Assembly (NCBI RefSeq): GCF_006345805.1 | Contig: NC_043010.1 | Coordinates: 65,162,001 to 65,226,000 of the forward strand | Length of the DNA: 64,000 nucleotides | Source of the DNA: Octopus sinensis | Lineage: Eukaryota | Direction: 5' to 3' | In this document: piece after piece, positions 23,040 through 34,414 of the stretch | Layout of the letters: every line of letters begins with the position of its first letter | Numbering within the stretch: the first letter of the stretch is position 1 | Position numbers and translations under genes: made by a program | Notes under the pieces: generated by a model | What the model saw: only the letters and a program-made list of their open reading frames with translations | Databases searched by the model: none | Told to the model about the DNA's origin: nothing

Positions 23040-23830
23040 TATATTTATTTTAGTATGCTTTAGGTAGCAGGATGAGAATAGAAGATATTATTTTGAGTCC
23101 GTTTGTTTGAAGAAGATGTTGATCTCAATTTCAGTATCTGTTCTTATGATCAAGATGTGCAGGAGGTGTAATTGTTTGTGGCTGTATCCCATTGTAAATT
23201 GGATATTGTGATTAAGTTGTTAAATTCTAAGAGTTGCTAAAAGTTATATGATCACAGAATGAAACAATCACCCAGGTAGTATTTTCAGTTGGTTAGTAAG
23301 TATTTTTGGAAGTTGTCTCCAAATTTCAGCCTAGCGTGCTCCTATATTTCGACTTCCAAATATGCCATGACAAAGTTAGCAAAAGTAGGGTTTACTATCG
23401 TTTTCATCGCCGTGCCCATGTTGTGTCTATGGATCTTCTCGTTGAAGTTGAAGAAGTTGTTCTGTGGGATGAATTTTATTCCTTCAATGATGAATTCTTT
23501 TCCGATTCAGTCAGGAAGGTATTCTAGGAATTTTTTCAGCCAGAACTTTTTGGCTTGTATTTCGCTTTCGTAAGGGATCTAAGTGTAGAAGTTTATTACA
23601 TCGAATGAAACCAGAAGGGAGTTTTTGCTGGTTTTGTTCGGGAGATGGTTTAAAAGGTCCAGATCATTCCTTATAAAACTCGGTAATTGTTGGAGAATAA
23701 GTTTTAGGAGGACGTCAATAGGGTCTGTGTCTGTGGTTGCATTTGGGATCTCTCGGATGTAGAATTTTCCTGAATAAAGTTGTTTATTTGTTACAGGCTT
23801 CCTTTATGGCTTCCCTTTTGTAGATTTTTG
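23040..23830 (-). mobile_element. Decayed Penelope RT core (paralog at 54900-55690)
   Basis: The - strand gives DPIDVLLK, LLVSFDVINFYT, GTAMKT...PTFANFVMAYLE, YLGDCFI and NIQFTM, with stops. Confidence 0.85.
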
Positions 23831-24174
23831 GAAGCCCTTAAAAGTTGCTGGATTTGCAACTTTCAGTCCTCATCGATTATTTCTAATGCTACTGAATTTT
23901 GTGCATTTAAACAAGATGAGCCATATTTGTTATGCTATTGAATGTTGGGAACATTTAAATCATTTGAGATTATTGAATTTTGTAAGAATTAAATCATTTA
24001 AACACGTTTTTCTACTTTACAATTTTAATTTTTTACCATTGATGAACAAACAATTGTTGAAACTAGATTAGTGTTTATGTAAATAAATTTATTTAAAAAC
24101 AATTACAAGTTTTTCAAATTCAGGTGCATTTTCAACATCAAATTCTCATACATACATATATACATACATACATA

Positions 24175-25315
24175 CCGGTCATTTCCGCTCCACCGGTCAC
24201 TCCTTGCAACACCTATCTGTGTTCGGTTTGTCCTTACACAGAGGCCATCCGGATTCCCGTTTGCGCCGTGAACAGGAATTAATCTTCTCTCTTCGCTCTT
24301 ATACGCCATTTGGTCTCAACTCTCCCCCCCTCCTCATCTAACCCCACTCTCCCCCCTCCTCACCTATCCTTTCTCCCCCCGACCCCTACTTCTTCAGTCC
24401 TTCATCCTTTCACCCCTACTCCCCTTCCCTTCTTCCCTCTTTCTCCCTCCCTCTTCCCCTTCCCTCTGCTCCCTCACTCCCTCTCTCCCCTTCTCTCTCC
24501 CCCTCTCCCTCTTTCCTCCTTCATCCCCCTCCTCCCTTTCCTTCTCCCCATCCTCTCCTCATCCCCCTTTCTCCTCCCCCTCCTCTTCCCCTCCCCCTCT
24601 TCTCCCCCTCCCCCTCTTCTCCTCACTACACCACATGACTTTACACATCACATCACATATGATGTGCCATACTAATACACACACCAACTAATACATACTA
24701 ATACGTACTAATACATACTAGTACATACTAATACTTACACCAACCCTATACATACACACGTCCAGACCCCGCATACGCACTTATACTCTCACACACACAC
24801 ACACACACACCTATACATACCAATACGTACTAATACATACTAATACATACTAATACATACACCAACCCCATACATACGCACGTCCAGACCAATCCTACGC
24901 ACTAATACTCTCTCATACACACACACACACACACACACACCCTTATACATACTAATACATACACCAACCCTATACATACACACATCCAGACCCCTCCCAC
25001 GCACATTTAGCTGGTCCCTCAACCCTTTTATCAACCCTATTATCTCCCCTTATTTCGCTCTCGCGTCTCATGTTTGATCTTTGACCTCTGGCCGAAATCA
25101 GATCGCCATGTTGATTCGTTAGCTACTGCACGCATTTTGTTTCTCTCCTTCTTTCTGTGTTTTTCTCTCTCTGTGTATCTTTCTGTTGAAGAGCGTAGGC
25201 TCGAAACGTTAAAGACTTGTTTTATTTATATTTCCTGAGCGCCATACTAATACAATTGTTCGTTTGTTTTCCACCTGCCTTCGTCTTTTGTTTATTTTCA
25301 TAAAGCTTCCCGTTA
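24175..25315 (+). mobile_element. 5'-truncated Penelope-like element: GIY-YIG C-terminus, low-complexity 3' UTR and pLTR
   Basis: GHFRSTGHSLQHLSVFGL...RREQELIFSLRSYTPFGLNS; CT-rich tract at 24330-24630; flanked by a ~27-bp direct repeat (24134-24160 / 25379-25405); absent from the paralog at ~56000. Confidence 0.85.
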
Positions 25316-25447
25316 TATATACATATATATGTATATATACATATATATATATGTATATAAATATATATATATATATATAACATCAAATTCTCATACATAC
25401 ATATACATATATATATATACATAAAGATATATATATATATAATATAT

Positions 25448-25500
<53 letters not shown>

Positions 25501-25503
<3 letters not shown>

Positions 25504-25707
25504 GTATGATCAATGAGTATCCGGACTGTTGTCATAGTGACGAAGCTAAAGCACGCAGAGTGAAGCCGCTGCGCATGCGCTCTAAGATTTAATATTGTAG
25601 CTCACTTCCCTTCTTTGCAGCAGTGCTTGGAAGGAGAAAATTGAGCAGAGAATCTGGGCTAAAGTTTGTGAAAAGCTTAGCGATACCTGCTAAGAGGGTT
25701 ACGCAAA
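25501..25707. mobile_element. End of a mariner deletion derivative cut by the gap (paralog at 56865-57110)
   Basis: gtggtatgatcaatgagtatccggact...gagggttacgca matches 56866-57108. Confidence 0.8.
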
Positions 25708-25807
25708 NNNNNNNNNNNNNNNNNNNNNNNNNNNNNNNNNNNNNNNNNNNNNNNNNNNNNNNNNNNNNNNNNNNNNNNNNNNNNNNNNNNNNNNNNNNNN
25801 NNNNNNN
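25708..25807. other. Assembly gap (100 N)
   Basis: A run of exactly 100 N, typical of a placeholder of unknown size. Confidence 1.
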
Positions 25808-25877
25808 TTGATGTGTTCAAGATTAATCTGTGTTATAAAAAAAAACTACATAAAACTACCGTATAAATAAGACCAGT

Positions 25878-26060
25878 ATTACGAGGGTGCTGGGAAGCCT
25901 GGCGTTGTTTAAAAAATAATATGAGGATCAGTTAATTATGATTTTCTTCAACGTAGTCCCCTCTTAGATTCTCTCGCCTGTTGTAAAGCTCTTTCGGTTG
26001 TTTAAACCTTGTAAAAGATCTCGGAACTTTGGGCTACGAAGCAGGCCTTTCGAGATACTC
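25878..26060 (-). mobile_element. Mariner C-terminal and TIR relic
   Basis: The - strand reads NLRGDYVEEN; TIR-like tacgagggtg at 25879. Confidence 0.55.
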
Positions 26061-26596
26061 TTAAAGGCGGGAACTGTTTCAGCACACTTTGTGTATCGAA
26101 ATGACAATAAAATTGGAGATTATGAATACAAAGTAGGTCACATGATGTGTAATGAAAGATTTCCAGACAAAGGACATATAATAAGAACAATAAGAAATCT
26201 GAGGTGAAGAACTTGTATACAGTGCGTGTGTTTATTTGGCAAGAAAAACACTCACCATCCCAAAATATAACAATATTTTACAAATATTTTTAGGTAGTAT
26301 TTATAAACATTTTCTGGTGTATCGTTTACCTAAAAAGATTACAAACTTCTCTCTAAATAATACATCATTTCTTATGATTTTCTGCTTGGTTTGTGGAGAG
26401 TTACACCATACCAAAAGAACTTCGATAACAAAAACCATAGTACCAACTTTAATGAGCTGCCCCATCATTTATATGATATAGGCCTTTCGAGTGATAATTT
26501 CTCAATCCTGATGCTTCTAACTATACATACTATCATATAATATTTAACTCATATCACTATTAATATTTCTATCCTTTTTTTCGTTTTTCTACATAG

Positions 26597-26728
26597 GCAG
26601 CACCTATTTACTTGCCTAGGACATTAAATGAAACTGTTAAAATTGGGCCATATCTCCTGGAACTAATAAATGTTGAAGGCAAAGACGTTTGCATACACAG
26701 TGTTTTGAAGGTTGAATGTGATAACAAT
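26597..26728 (+). CDS. Receptor-type PTP D2-like domain, exon a (132 nt, phase 0-0): AAPIYLPRTLNETVKIGPYLLELINVEGKDVCIHSVLKVECDNN
   Basis: Acceptor tttttctacatag|, donor |gtaagc. The peptide matches the PTP Y(W)P...GP(F/Y)xxEL region and is in frame with the next three exons. Confidence 0.82.
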
Positions 26729-27099
26729 GTAAGCTAATTTCATGTTTAAAATTATTCCACTTTTGAAAATGATATTATAGCTTAATGAAAGCTATACCTT
26801 ATATTCCTGCATTGTAATATATATTTTTATATTTTGTTGGTTCATAATAACAACGTAATTAAGGATACTTGTTTTAGTAAGATGACAAAATCTCCCAGTA
26901 AGTGACCGTTAACTCTGACTTGTGAATGCAGCTATCCAGCCCCTGAGAAAGGATACGAAACCAGATGCTTTGAGAATAGACAGACGCCAAGTACGGATGG
27001 TCAACACTATCGAAAACATTCAATTGATCTATGCTGATTAGAGACCCATAGTGCCATGCTCAGTGACAACTCTCTCTCTCTCTTCTCTCTTCTCTCTCT

Positions 27100-27480
27100 C
27101 TCTCTCTCTCCATGATGTATCAGATGAGGTGGAAGTTGTCGTGGATTGCTCTGCATGGGGTAGCACATGTCTGCATCTTACCAGTCCCTTCATCAACGAC
27201 AACCCCCCACTTCTTTGCCAAAATCCTCAGTTTTTAGCAGAGGCATGGTCCCCTTGTTTGGAATTATTTGGGCAGTGCTACCACTCTTTGACTTCGAGGA
27301 TTGTAGTTTCTGCCCTACAGACCCCTAAAACGGTTTTTGCTCGTTCGTGTCTTACAGCACGTACCTTGGTTCTGATGATGCAACCTTCGTGATTCGCGTT
27401 TAGGAGTTGGTCTAAGACCAATCTCGTTGCAAAGCACTTCAGTCGCAAAGTCATTCCAATATTTCTCTTGTAGATTTTTA
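27100..27480 (-). mobile_element. Possible decayed L1/Tx1-type LINE fragment
   Basis: The - strand reads RLVLDQLLNANHEGCIIRTKVRAV, resembling the Tx1/L1 post-endonuclease region. Recognition only. Confidence 0.35.
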
Positions 27481-27989
27481 ATTGTCCTTCTAATCTAATT
27501 GTATCTATCACCACATCCATACTACACCTTATCAATTCTATTCTAACCCATTGTTCAAGGTTTGAAAAAAATCATTCATTTTTTTTTATATGTTGAAATG
27601 TCCATATGTCGGAGAAGAAATATTTATGTTCAAGTAACGTTTTGCTTATTTGGCAATTGCCGAATCATTTCGGGAGTTGTTTTGAGGAGATGAGTCTTCC
27701 CCGTTTTTTTTTTTGTTGTTATTTTGTCACCCTGTTAACAGATCGACTCAAAGCATTCTAAACAGCTGTCTATTTACACCAAAGAGCAAAAACAAGCAAC
27801 AAATACCTTTGTTTAGAAATCCTACTCACATAACCGAAGGCACGTTCCCACACTTAAGTAATCTAACACATTTAGTAATCTAGCAACTGTGGAGTCGAAA
27901 TAAATATTTTACAAGACAATAGAAATACTGATCCTTTCTAACCTAGAAACAAAATATGAAATTTCAGGAGATAGGGCTAGTCGATCGCA

Positions 27990-28354
27990 TAAACCCCCGT
28001 CGCTCAACAAACACTTAATCCAGAAAGGATGAAAGGGAAATTCGAACACGACAGATTTTGAACGCAGAACGTAAAAACGGACGAAATTCCGCAAGGCATT
28101 GTGTCCAGCGCCCTGACAAGTCTGACGGCTCGCCGCCTTAGTAAGGATTTCAGAGTTTTGACACAAGGCCAGCAATTTCGAGGGATGGGATAAGTCGATT
28201 ACATCTATCCCAGTGTCTAACTGACACTTATTTTATCTAGCCCGAAAGGATGGGAGGAAACGTCGATCTCGACGGAATTTGAAGTCAGAACGTCCAGACG
28301 GACGAAACACTGCTAATTTTCCAGGCGCGGTAACAATTCTACCAGCTCGCCGCC

Positions 28355-28355
<1 letters not shown>
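27990..28355 (-). mobile_element. Two stacked tRNA-derived SINE remnants
   Basis: Two ...gctcgccgcctt 5' ends on - (at 28139 and 28356), with ggaatttgaa B-box complements. Confidence 0.7.
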
Positions 28356-28390
<35 letters not shown>

Positions 28391-28396
28391 TTAATA

Positions 28397-28830
28397 ATGG
28401 CCGGTTCCTCCATGAAACCAACAAATTTATAGACCAGGGAGCAGCATGGAGGTGGCTCAAAATGTGTGACCTAAAAAAGAATATTGAAAGTCTAATCCTC
28501 GCTGCTCAGGACCAGGCATTGAATACCAATTCAGTGAAAAAGAATATATACCACACAAGTCCATCGACCCTCTGTAGAAAGTGTGGGAAGAGGGTCGAAA
28601 GCGTGATTCAAATTTTTTGTGCTTGTGAAAGTCTTGCGCAGAAAGAATACAAGCGTAGGCACGATAAAGTAGCCCAAATTCGCCCTTGGCTACTATGCCG
28701 TAAGTATGGGTGCTTGGTATCACCATACACCGGAAAATATAATGGACGAAAAGGGAAAGGCAAAAGTCCTCTGATACTTGGATTTCCAGACGGTCAAGAT
28801 GTTAGAGCACCGAAGGCCGGTGCCTTTGGG
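28397..28830 (+). mobile_element. R4/Dong-clade non-LTR fragment (CCHC region) next to (TAA)n
   Basis: AWRWLK...ESLILAAQDQAL...CRKCGKRVESVIQIFCACESLAQKEYKRRHDKVA. Preceded by (TAA)n at 28356-28396 and followed by (TTA)n at 28914-28990. Confidence 0.85.
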
Positions 28831-28912
28831 AGAGACAAACTCTTTGTTTATCTGGAAATAAAAATCCCAAAGGAATTTTCCCTTCCCCTTATCACCCATT
28901 ACCTTTTCCGGT

Positions 28913-28978
<66 letters not shown>

Positions 28979-29324
28979 TATTATTATTAATAATAATAAT
29001 AATAATAATAATATATACAATAATTTTAAAGTTAAATGTATGTTATGTTACAGAATTTTCGCATTCATTAAACACTTAGGTAATCATAACATACTGTATG
29101 TTATGATTACAGGTACCTATAAATGGTTTGTCACTTGTCTTTTGCTGCCCAACTTTGGCATGTAACTTACTGCGATCAAATCCATCCCATCTAGTAACTT
29201 TCAGTCACTCGGTAGTACTCGCTCGTGTCTGTGACTAGACTTTTATGAGAAATCCTTAAAAGCCAAAGAATTTCTTTCAATTTTTATTCATATTTTATTC
29301 ACAATATTTTTTTTGATATTGCAG

Positions 29325-29476
29325 TCGAGGATCGAAGAATTTGAGATCAATCATTTCCAAGTCGCCATATGGGCGGACGGAAATTATCCATCATCTGCAG
29401 AGATTTTAAAACTAAGTGATATTCTCAGCGCTCATCAAAATGAGCAGTTCAATAAAAAAATTGCTGTGTATTGTCG
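29325..29476 (+). CDS. Receptor-type PTP D2-like domain, exon b (152 nt, phase 0-2): SRIEEFEINHFQVAIWADGNYPSSAEILKLSDILSAHQNEQFNKKIAVYC(R)
   Basis: Acceptor ttttgatattgcag|, donor |gtaagt. HFQ-x3-W(A)D loop and AVYC P-loop entry, with a phase-2 intron directly after the Cys as in receptor PTP genes. Confidence 0.9.
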
Positions 29477-30884
29477 GTAAGTGAAAATATTGATAAATTC
29501 ACAAATTCCCGCTACATCCGTTGTGATCCCATTCGAAAACAATATTTCTTTTTAACTAAGTCTTCTATGTTTTTAAATAAGTTTCCCTCTGATCCCGTTT
29601 TCTTTATTGCTATCACTTTACTAAACCTTATCGATCGTTATTTAATCACCTTTTGGGATGGCGAATCCCCACCTGTTATTGACGATTGCCCTAGCGAACA
29701 TCTGCGTAACTAATAAACTAATACAGTTTGTGTGAAATCGAGTGTCGGAAAGAAACGTCCAGCTTCCAGTAACCGCATCCCTGCCTACAAAGCCTATCTT
29801 TGTCGACCGTACAGATTACAGAGTTGTGGATTTCGCAGCCAACAATTTTAAATTGAAGATAAATTATGCTTTATCTGCTGGCCTAGAGAACGCTCTATCT
29901 AAATACGATCTGAATGATCCAACGCTGTTTGTCCATGTCTACAATGGTGGATCCAGAAAATCCATGAAGTATTTTTCAGACCGTTGGAAATATCGAGCAG
30001 ATTGCGAAGATTTTTCACCCTGCCCATATCAGCTTGTCTCACAAATCAAAACGTACATTCAAGATGATGATACAGTAGCTTTCTAATACTAAAGAATACG
30101 ACGGTTCCAAGGAAACCTGACACTTGAAGAATTCTGGTTATCCATCGCTGCAGGAGCATAAACAACTACTTGTCTGAATCCCCCTCCCCCAGAATCACCA
30201 ACGTACTTTCTAGGTCAATTAAAAGAGTAGTTATAGTGAGATCTAGACACTTCCGAAACTCCAAAACACTACGCCTCCCAATCACGTTAGACTTTGGGAT
30301 TTGCACACCTTATATGAATCGAAAATGTGCATAAAATCTTAAGGCTCGAAAATTCTGCTCTCACTGATGGATTTTGCATCTATATCTAGTGACTTTAAGC
30401 CATGTACATTTTTACTGCCTAATCTGGATGGCTGTAAGTGCTTCCACGAGAATTTCTGTCCCTGATGTCCATTACTTCTTTGCGGTATGTGCTTTTAAAG
30501 ATATCGTGTGTGTTTTGTGATATTTGAGTAATATTTTGTGTAATAGCTTTTATGTATAAATGTAATGTAGTTATTGTGTGTGATACTTCTATGATAACCT
30601 ATGTTTCCTTCTAGTTGAGTGCTAGAGTCTTTCAAAACCACACACTTCACTGCCCACCAGAAGTTTTGGTTTTGTAGCATGTTCCAGGCTAACACTGAAG
30701 TCCCTCTTCATCCCCCGCAAATCAGTATCAATGCAAAATCATGTAGATTACACGGCGAGTCAGTAAGTACAGAGAGGCGAGACTGGGCATCATTGATGGA
30801 CCAAACGAGCGAAGCTAAACTATTTTGATAGGTGGTCATTTACTTTAGCCACCGAACAGATATTCAGCCTCTGAAAACAGTATT

Positions 30885-30927
<43 letters not shown>

Positions 30928-30940
30928 TAATAATAATAAT

Positions 30941-32460
30941 AAAACAGACCTATAAATACCTAGGAATAAAAGGAGGCTCTGATATCCAGCATACAACCAT
31001 GAAAAAGAAAGTTAGGAAGGAATGTTATAGAAGAGTTCGAGCAGTCCTGAAGTCTGAGCTAAATGCATATAAAAAGGTGTTAGCCATAAATTCCTTAGGA
31101 GTCCCAGTTGTTCTTTATAGCTTCAATGTGCTTAACTGGAATACCAGTGAAATAATGAAAATTGATAGAAAAATCTGCAAGCCACTGAGTTGTAATAACA
31201 TGTACCATCCAAAGGCAGACGTGGGTCGTTTTTACCTTCCCGGAGCTCAGGGACGTCAAGGCTTGATCCAGCTTGAACTTACGTACAAAACCACCACAAT
31301 CAGACAGGCCAAATACCTTGAAACAGCCAAAGATTGGATGCTAAAACTTGTTGAAAAACATGAAAGACCGAAAAAACTTCACTCTATTCTGAAAGAGAGC
31401 GAAACATTCGCTACTGATCTCTTAGATACATACCAGATTGATCAGGTTGAAGGAAATGCGCCAACTACTGCTGCAAAGAAAAGAAAATTGATTGCAAAGA
31501 CAAAAGCACATGAAAAATTAGCTAGCATATGGGAACAGAAACCTCCGCATGGCAAGTATGTGGCCCGTAGCAAACAAGCCGATGTCGACCAGAAGCATAC
31601 GCATCAATGGTTACGAAGCTCAGGACTAAAAGCAGAGTGTGAAGGTTTCATATTAGCTGCTCAAGACCAAAGCTTATTAACCCAGAACTATAAAGCCAAT
31701 GTGATAAAAAATGGAGCTGACCCAAAATGCCGATTCTGTAACGATGAGATTGAAACAATAGACCATCCAATCTCAGGGTGTAGAGTCTTAGCACCTGAAG
31801 AATATAAAGCAAAACATGACTGAGTCGGCCAGTATTTACATTGGACAATATGACGGTATTATAAAATCAAAACCGCTGACAAATGGTATAAACACCATCC
31901 TGAAGCTGTGACTGTGGGAGAAAATGTGTCGATTCTAGGGGACTTCCCCGTACAGACCGACAATACTATAAAAGCTAATAAACCGGATATTATTATAAAA
32001 GATCAGATAAAAAAGATATGTTTATTAATTGACATGAGTATCCCTTGCGATCACAATATAGCGGCGAAAGAATTTGACAAGATTAGTAAATATAAACACC
32101 TGCTAATAGAAATTGAAAAAGTGTGGCATCTCAAGGGGACTACAGTACCAGTGATTGTAGGATCTCTAGGAATGATAAAAAAGGTACTGAAACCTATTTG
32201 AAAATGATTCCAGGCTTACCATCCCTACAGGAAGAGCAAAAAATCGTGTTAACTGGAACGGCTCATGTACTGAGAAGAGCATTATCGCTGTGAAAACAAC
32301 ATCCATTCATGAATTTATTTGTTTATTAATTTTTAAAAATATATATTTTACCTGTGAATTTACGATGTAATCTGGGAATGCATACAATGAGCTTCTCTGC
32401 CCTAGGTATACGGAAAACAACCGGCTAGGAATGGAAGAAAATTTGAAGAAAGAAGAAAAA
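30941..32460 (+). mobile_element. 5'-truncated R4/Dong-clade non-LTR retrotransposon inside (TAA)n, in a PTP intron
   Basis: YKYLGI, YHPKADVGRFYLP, FILAAQDQSL, CCHC CRFCNDEIETIDHPISGC and restriction-like endonuclease KPDIIIKD...LIDMSIP. (TAA)n on both sides (30886-30940 and 32461-32680). Confidence 0.92.
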
Positions 32461-32477
32461 TAATAATAATAATAATG

Positions 32478-32515
<38 letters not shown>

Positions 32516-32540
32516 GATAATGATAATGATGATGATGATG

Positions 32541-32582
<42 letters not shown>

Positions 32583-32619
32583 GTAATAATGATAATGATA
32601 ACGATAATAATATTAATAA

Positions 32620-32657
<38 letters not shown>

Positions 32658-32901
32658 TTAATAATAATAATAATTAATAATTTTTAAAAATAAGAAACAT
32701 CGTCCTATTTTTACTTATATACAGTATAGTAAAGTATGGTTTATTTTTTAATGGAACTTCTACATACAATTTCAAATATATATCTTTGTCTCTGTATGTT
32801 ACTGAGAAATTTTGTCCGAATCATGATTTTTTACAATGTTAGAATGTATTATTCACATGTTTTTAAACGTAAAACAATTCTCATCCTTCTTTCATGTAAA
32901 G

Positions 32902-33037
32902 TAAAAATTTCCATAAAAGTGGTATGCTGTGCGTCATTCACATTTTGAAAGCTGCAATAACCAGTCAATCAGTAGTCAACATAGTACGGTTGGTTCGACT
33001 GGTCAAGAAAATAGAACCAAATATAATACCTGACAGT
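32902..33037 (+). CDS. Receptor-type PTP D2-like domain, exon c (136 nt, phase 2-0): (R)KNFHKSGMLCVIHILKAAITSQSVVNIVRLVRLVKKIEPNIIPDS
   Basis: Acceptor ccttctttcatgtaaag| (AAG, weaker), donor |gtgagt. C-R-x5-SG-x2-C spacing equals the D2 C-x-DGATKSGLFC pattern, and the phase closes exon b's split codon. Confidence 0.87.
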
Positions 33038-33739
33038 GTGAGTATAACAACATCTTTCTCTCACTTTCGTTTATGTGTTTCAACCAAGTTTTGCTAAATA
33101 TCAGAAAGAGAAAAATCTGTCGTTAAAATTTTTACTGTTATTTGAACACTTTTCTGAAAATAAGTTTCAAGTTTGGTGATCATTGATACACTAATAACTA
33201 TTTGGATTAGTTATCTTACAACGGAAATGTACGAACAGTGGGTCGTATATATGTGGGTAAATTTGATTAGCAAACTCCAGAATCGAAAGAACTAAAACAT
33301 TTCCCTTGCTACCCTAGAAATTTTTAAACGTGTTATTTTGGACATGTTGCGAGTTTGAATTTCATTGTTAGTGATAGGTAAATATTTCTCTCAATTTAGA
33401 TAAACAAATTCAAAAGTACAGCAGGAGGCCACATCAATGAACTTTACATTTATTTATTAATATATCTTGTAGGGAACACTCAGTAACCAGTGGCTGGCTA
33501 TTGAGTTAAAAATGTTATATGTTACTGTACAAAATCAGTAAATCACCATTATTTTAATCTCGATATTATGAGAGGAAATTAATAGCCTTTGTAATGATTC
33601 ATGTCCGGGATCATCAAAATTATAGTTCACAATCACTTTATTTAGACCAATGTTATCTATTTAGACATACACCTCTGATATGTTCCATATTTAAGAAGTT
33701 AGTATATCTTCATGTAATCCTTTCTACTAAAGGTACAAG

Positions 33740-34152
33740 GGCTGAAAGATTGGGGGAAGGGACTAGTCGAATACATGTACTAATGTTTCACTGGTACCTA
33801 TTTTTATTGACCCCGAAAAGGTGAAAGGCAAAGTCTGCCTTGGCGGAATTTGAATTCAGAGCGTTCACACGGACGAAATACCGCTAAGCGTTTCGACCGA
33901 TTTTGACAGCTTGCCGCCTTAGCATATCTTCATATAATACTTTCTACTTAAGACACAAGGCCTGGAATTTGGGGGAGGAAGTTAGTAGATTACATTGACC
34001 CCAGTGCGTAACTGGTACTTAATTTATCGACCCCGAAAGGATGAAAGGCAAAGTTGACCTCGGCGGAAGTTGAGCTAATAATGTTCACACGGATGAAATA
34101 ACGCTAAGCATTTCGCCCGGCGCTCTAACGATTCTGCCAGCTCGCCGCCTTA
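33740..34152 (-). mobile_element. Two tandem tRNA-derived SINEs
   Basis: ggcggaatttgaattcag / ccccgaaaggatgaaaggcaaag cores; gccgcctta 5' ends at ~33920 and ~34152. Confidence 0.8.
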
Positions 34153-34336
34153 GTATATCTTCATATAATGAATACATCTGCGTAAATTAGTACCAAGAGC
34201 TTATTTCGAAAGTTGTTTTTATTAGATGTGGAAGGAATTTATAATGCTAAGTAAAGGATACAGTAAAATAAAATAATTGTGTATTAAGTCATTTTAAATG
34301 ATTTGATTGAATAACTCATATTTATTTCTTTGACAG

Positions 34337-34414
34337 GAATCCTACGCCTTCGTTTGGAAAGTTGCAGAATATTTACAGAACGAATCGTCTCTATACTCCA
34401 ATTTTGTACAGTGA
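34337..34414 (+). CDS. Receptor-type PTP terminal coding exon d: ESYAFVWKVAEYLQNESSLYSNFVQ*
   Basis: Acceptor tttatttctttgacag|; degenerate EQY.F helix; C-terminal YSNF; TGA at 34412-34414. Confidence 0.85.
   Translation, partial: ESYAFVWKVAEYLQNESSLYSNFVQ

Larger units (their letters stand above)
16533..24170 (+). repeat. Segmental duplication block B, copy 1 (paralog at 48582-56015)
   Basis: Collinear from ttttattttttcactcatt (16533/48582) to aacatcaaattctcata (24134/55994), including unique-looking AT-rich sequence. Confidence 0.95.

Noticed and set aside
24670-25010. Short repeated units (tacatactaa..., ccaaccc.atacatac) that could be taken for a CRISPR-like array
   Set aside because: Irregular, low-complexity repeats inside a Penelope 3' UTR, with no constant repeat and unique spacers and no cas genes; eukaryotic context.
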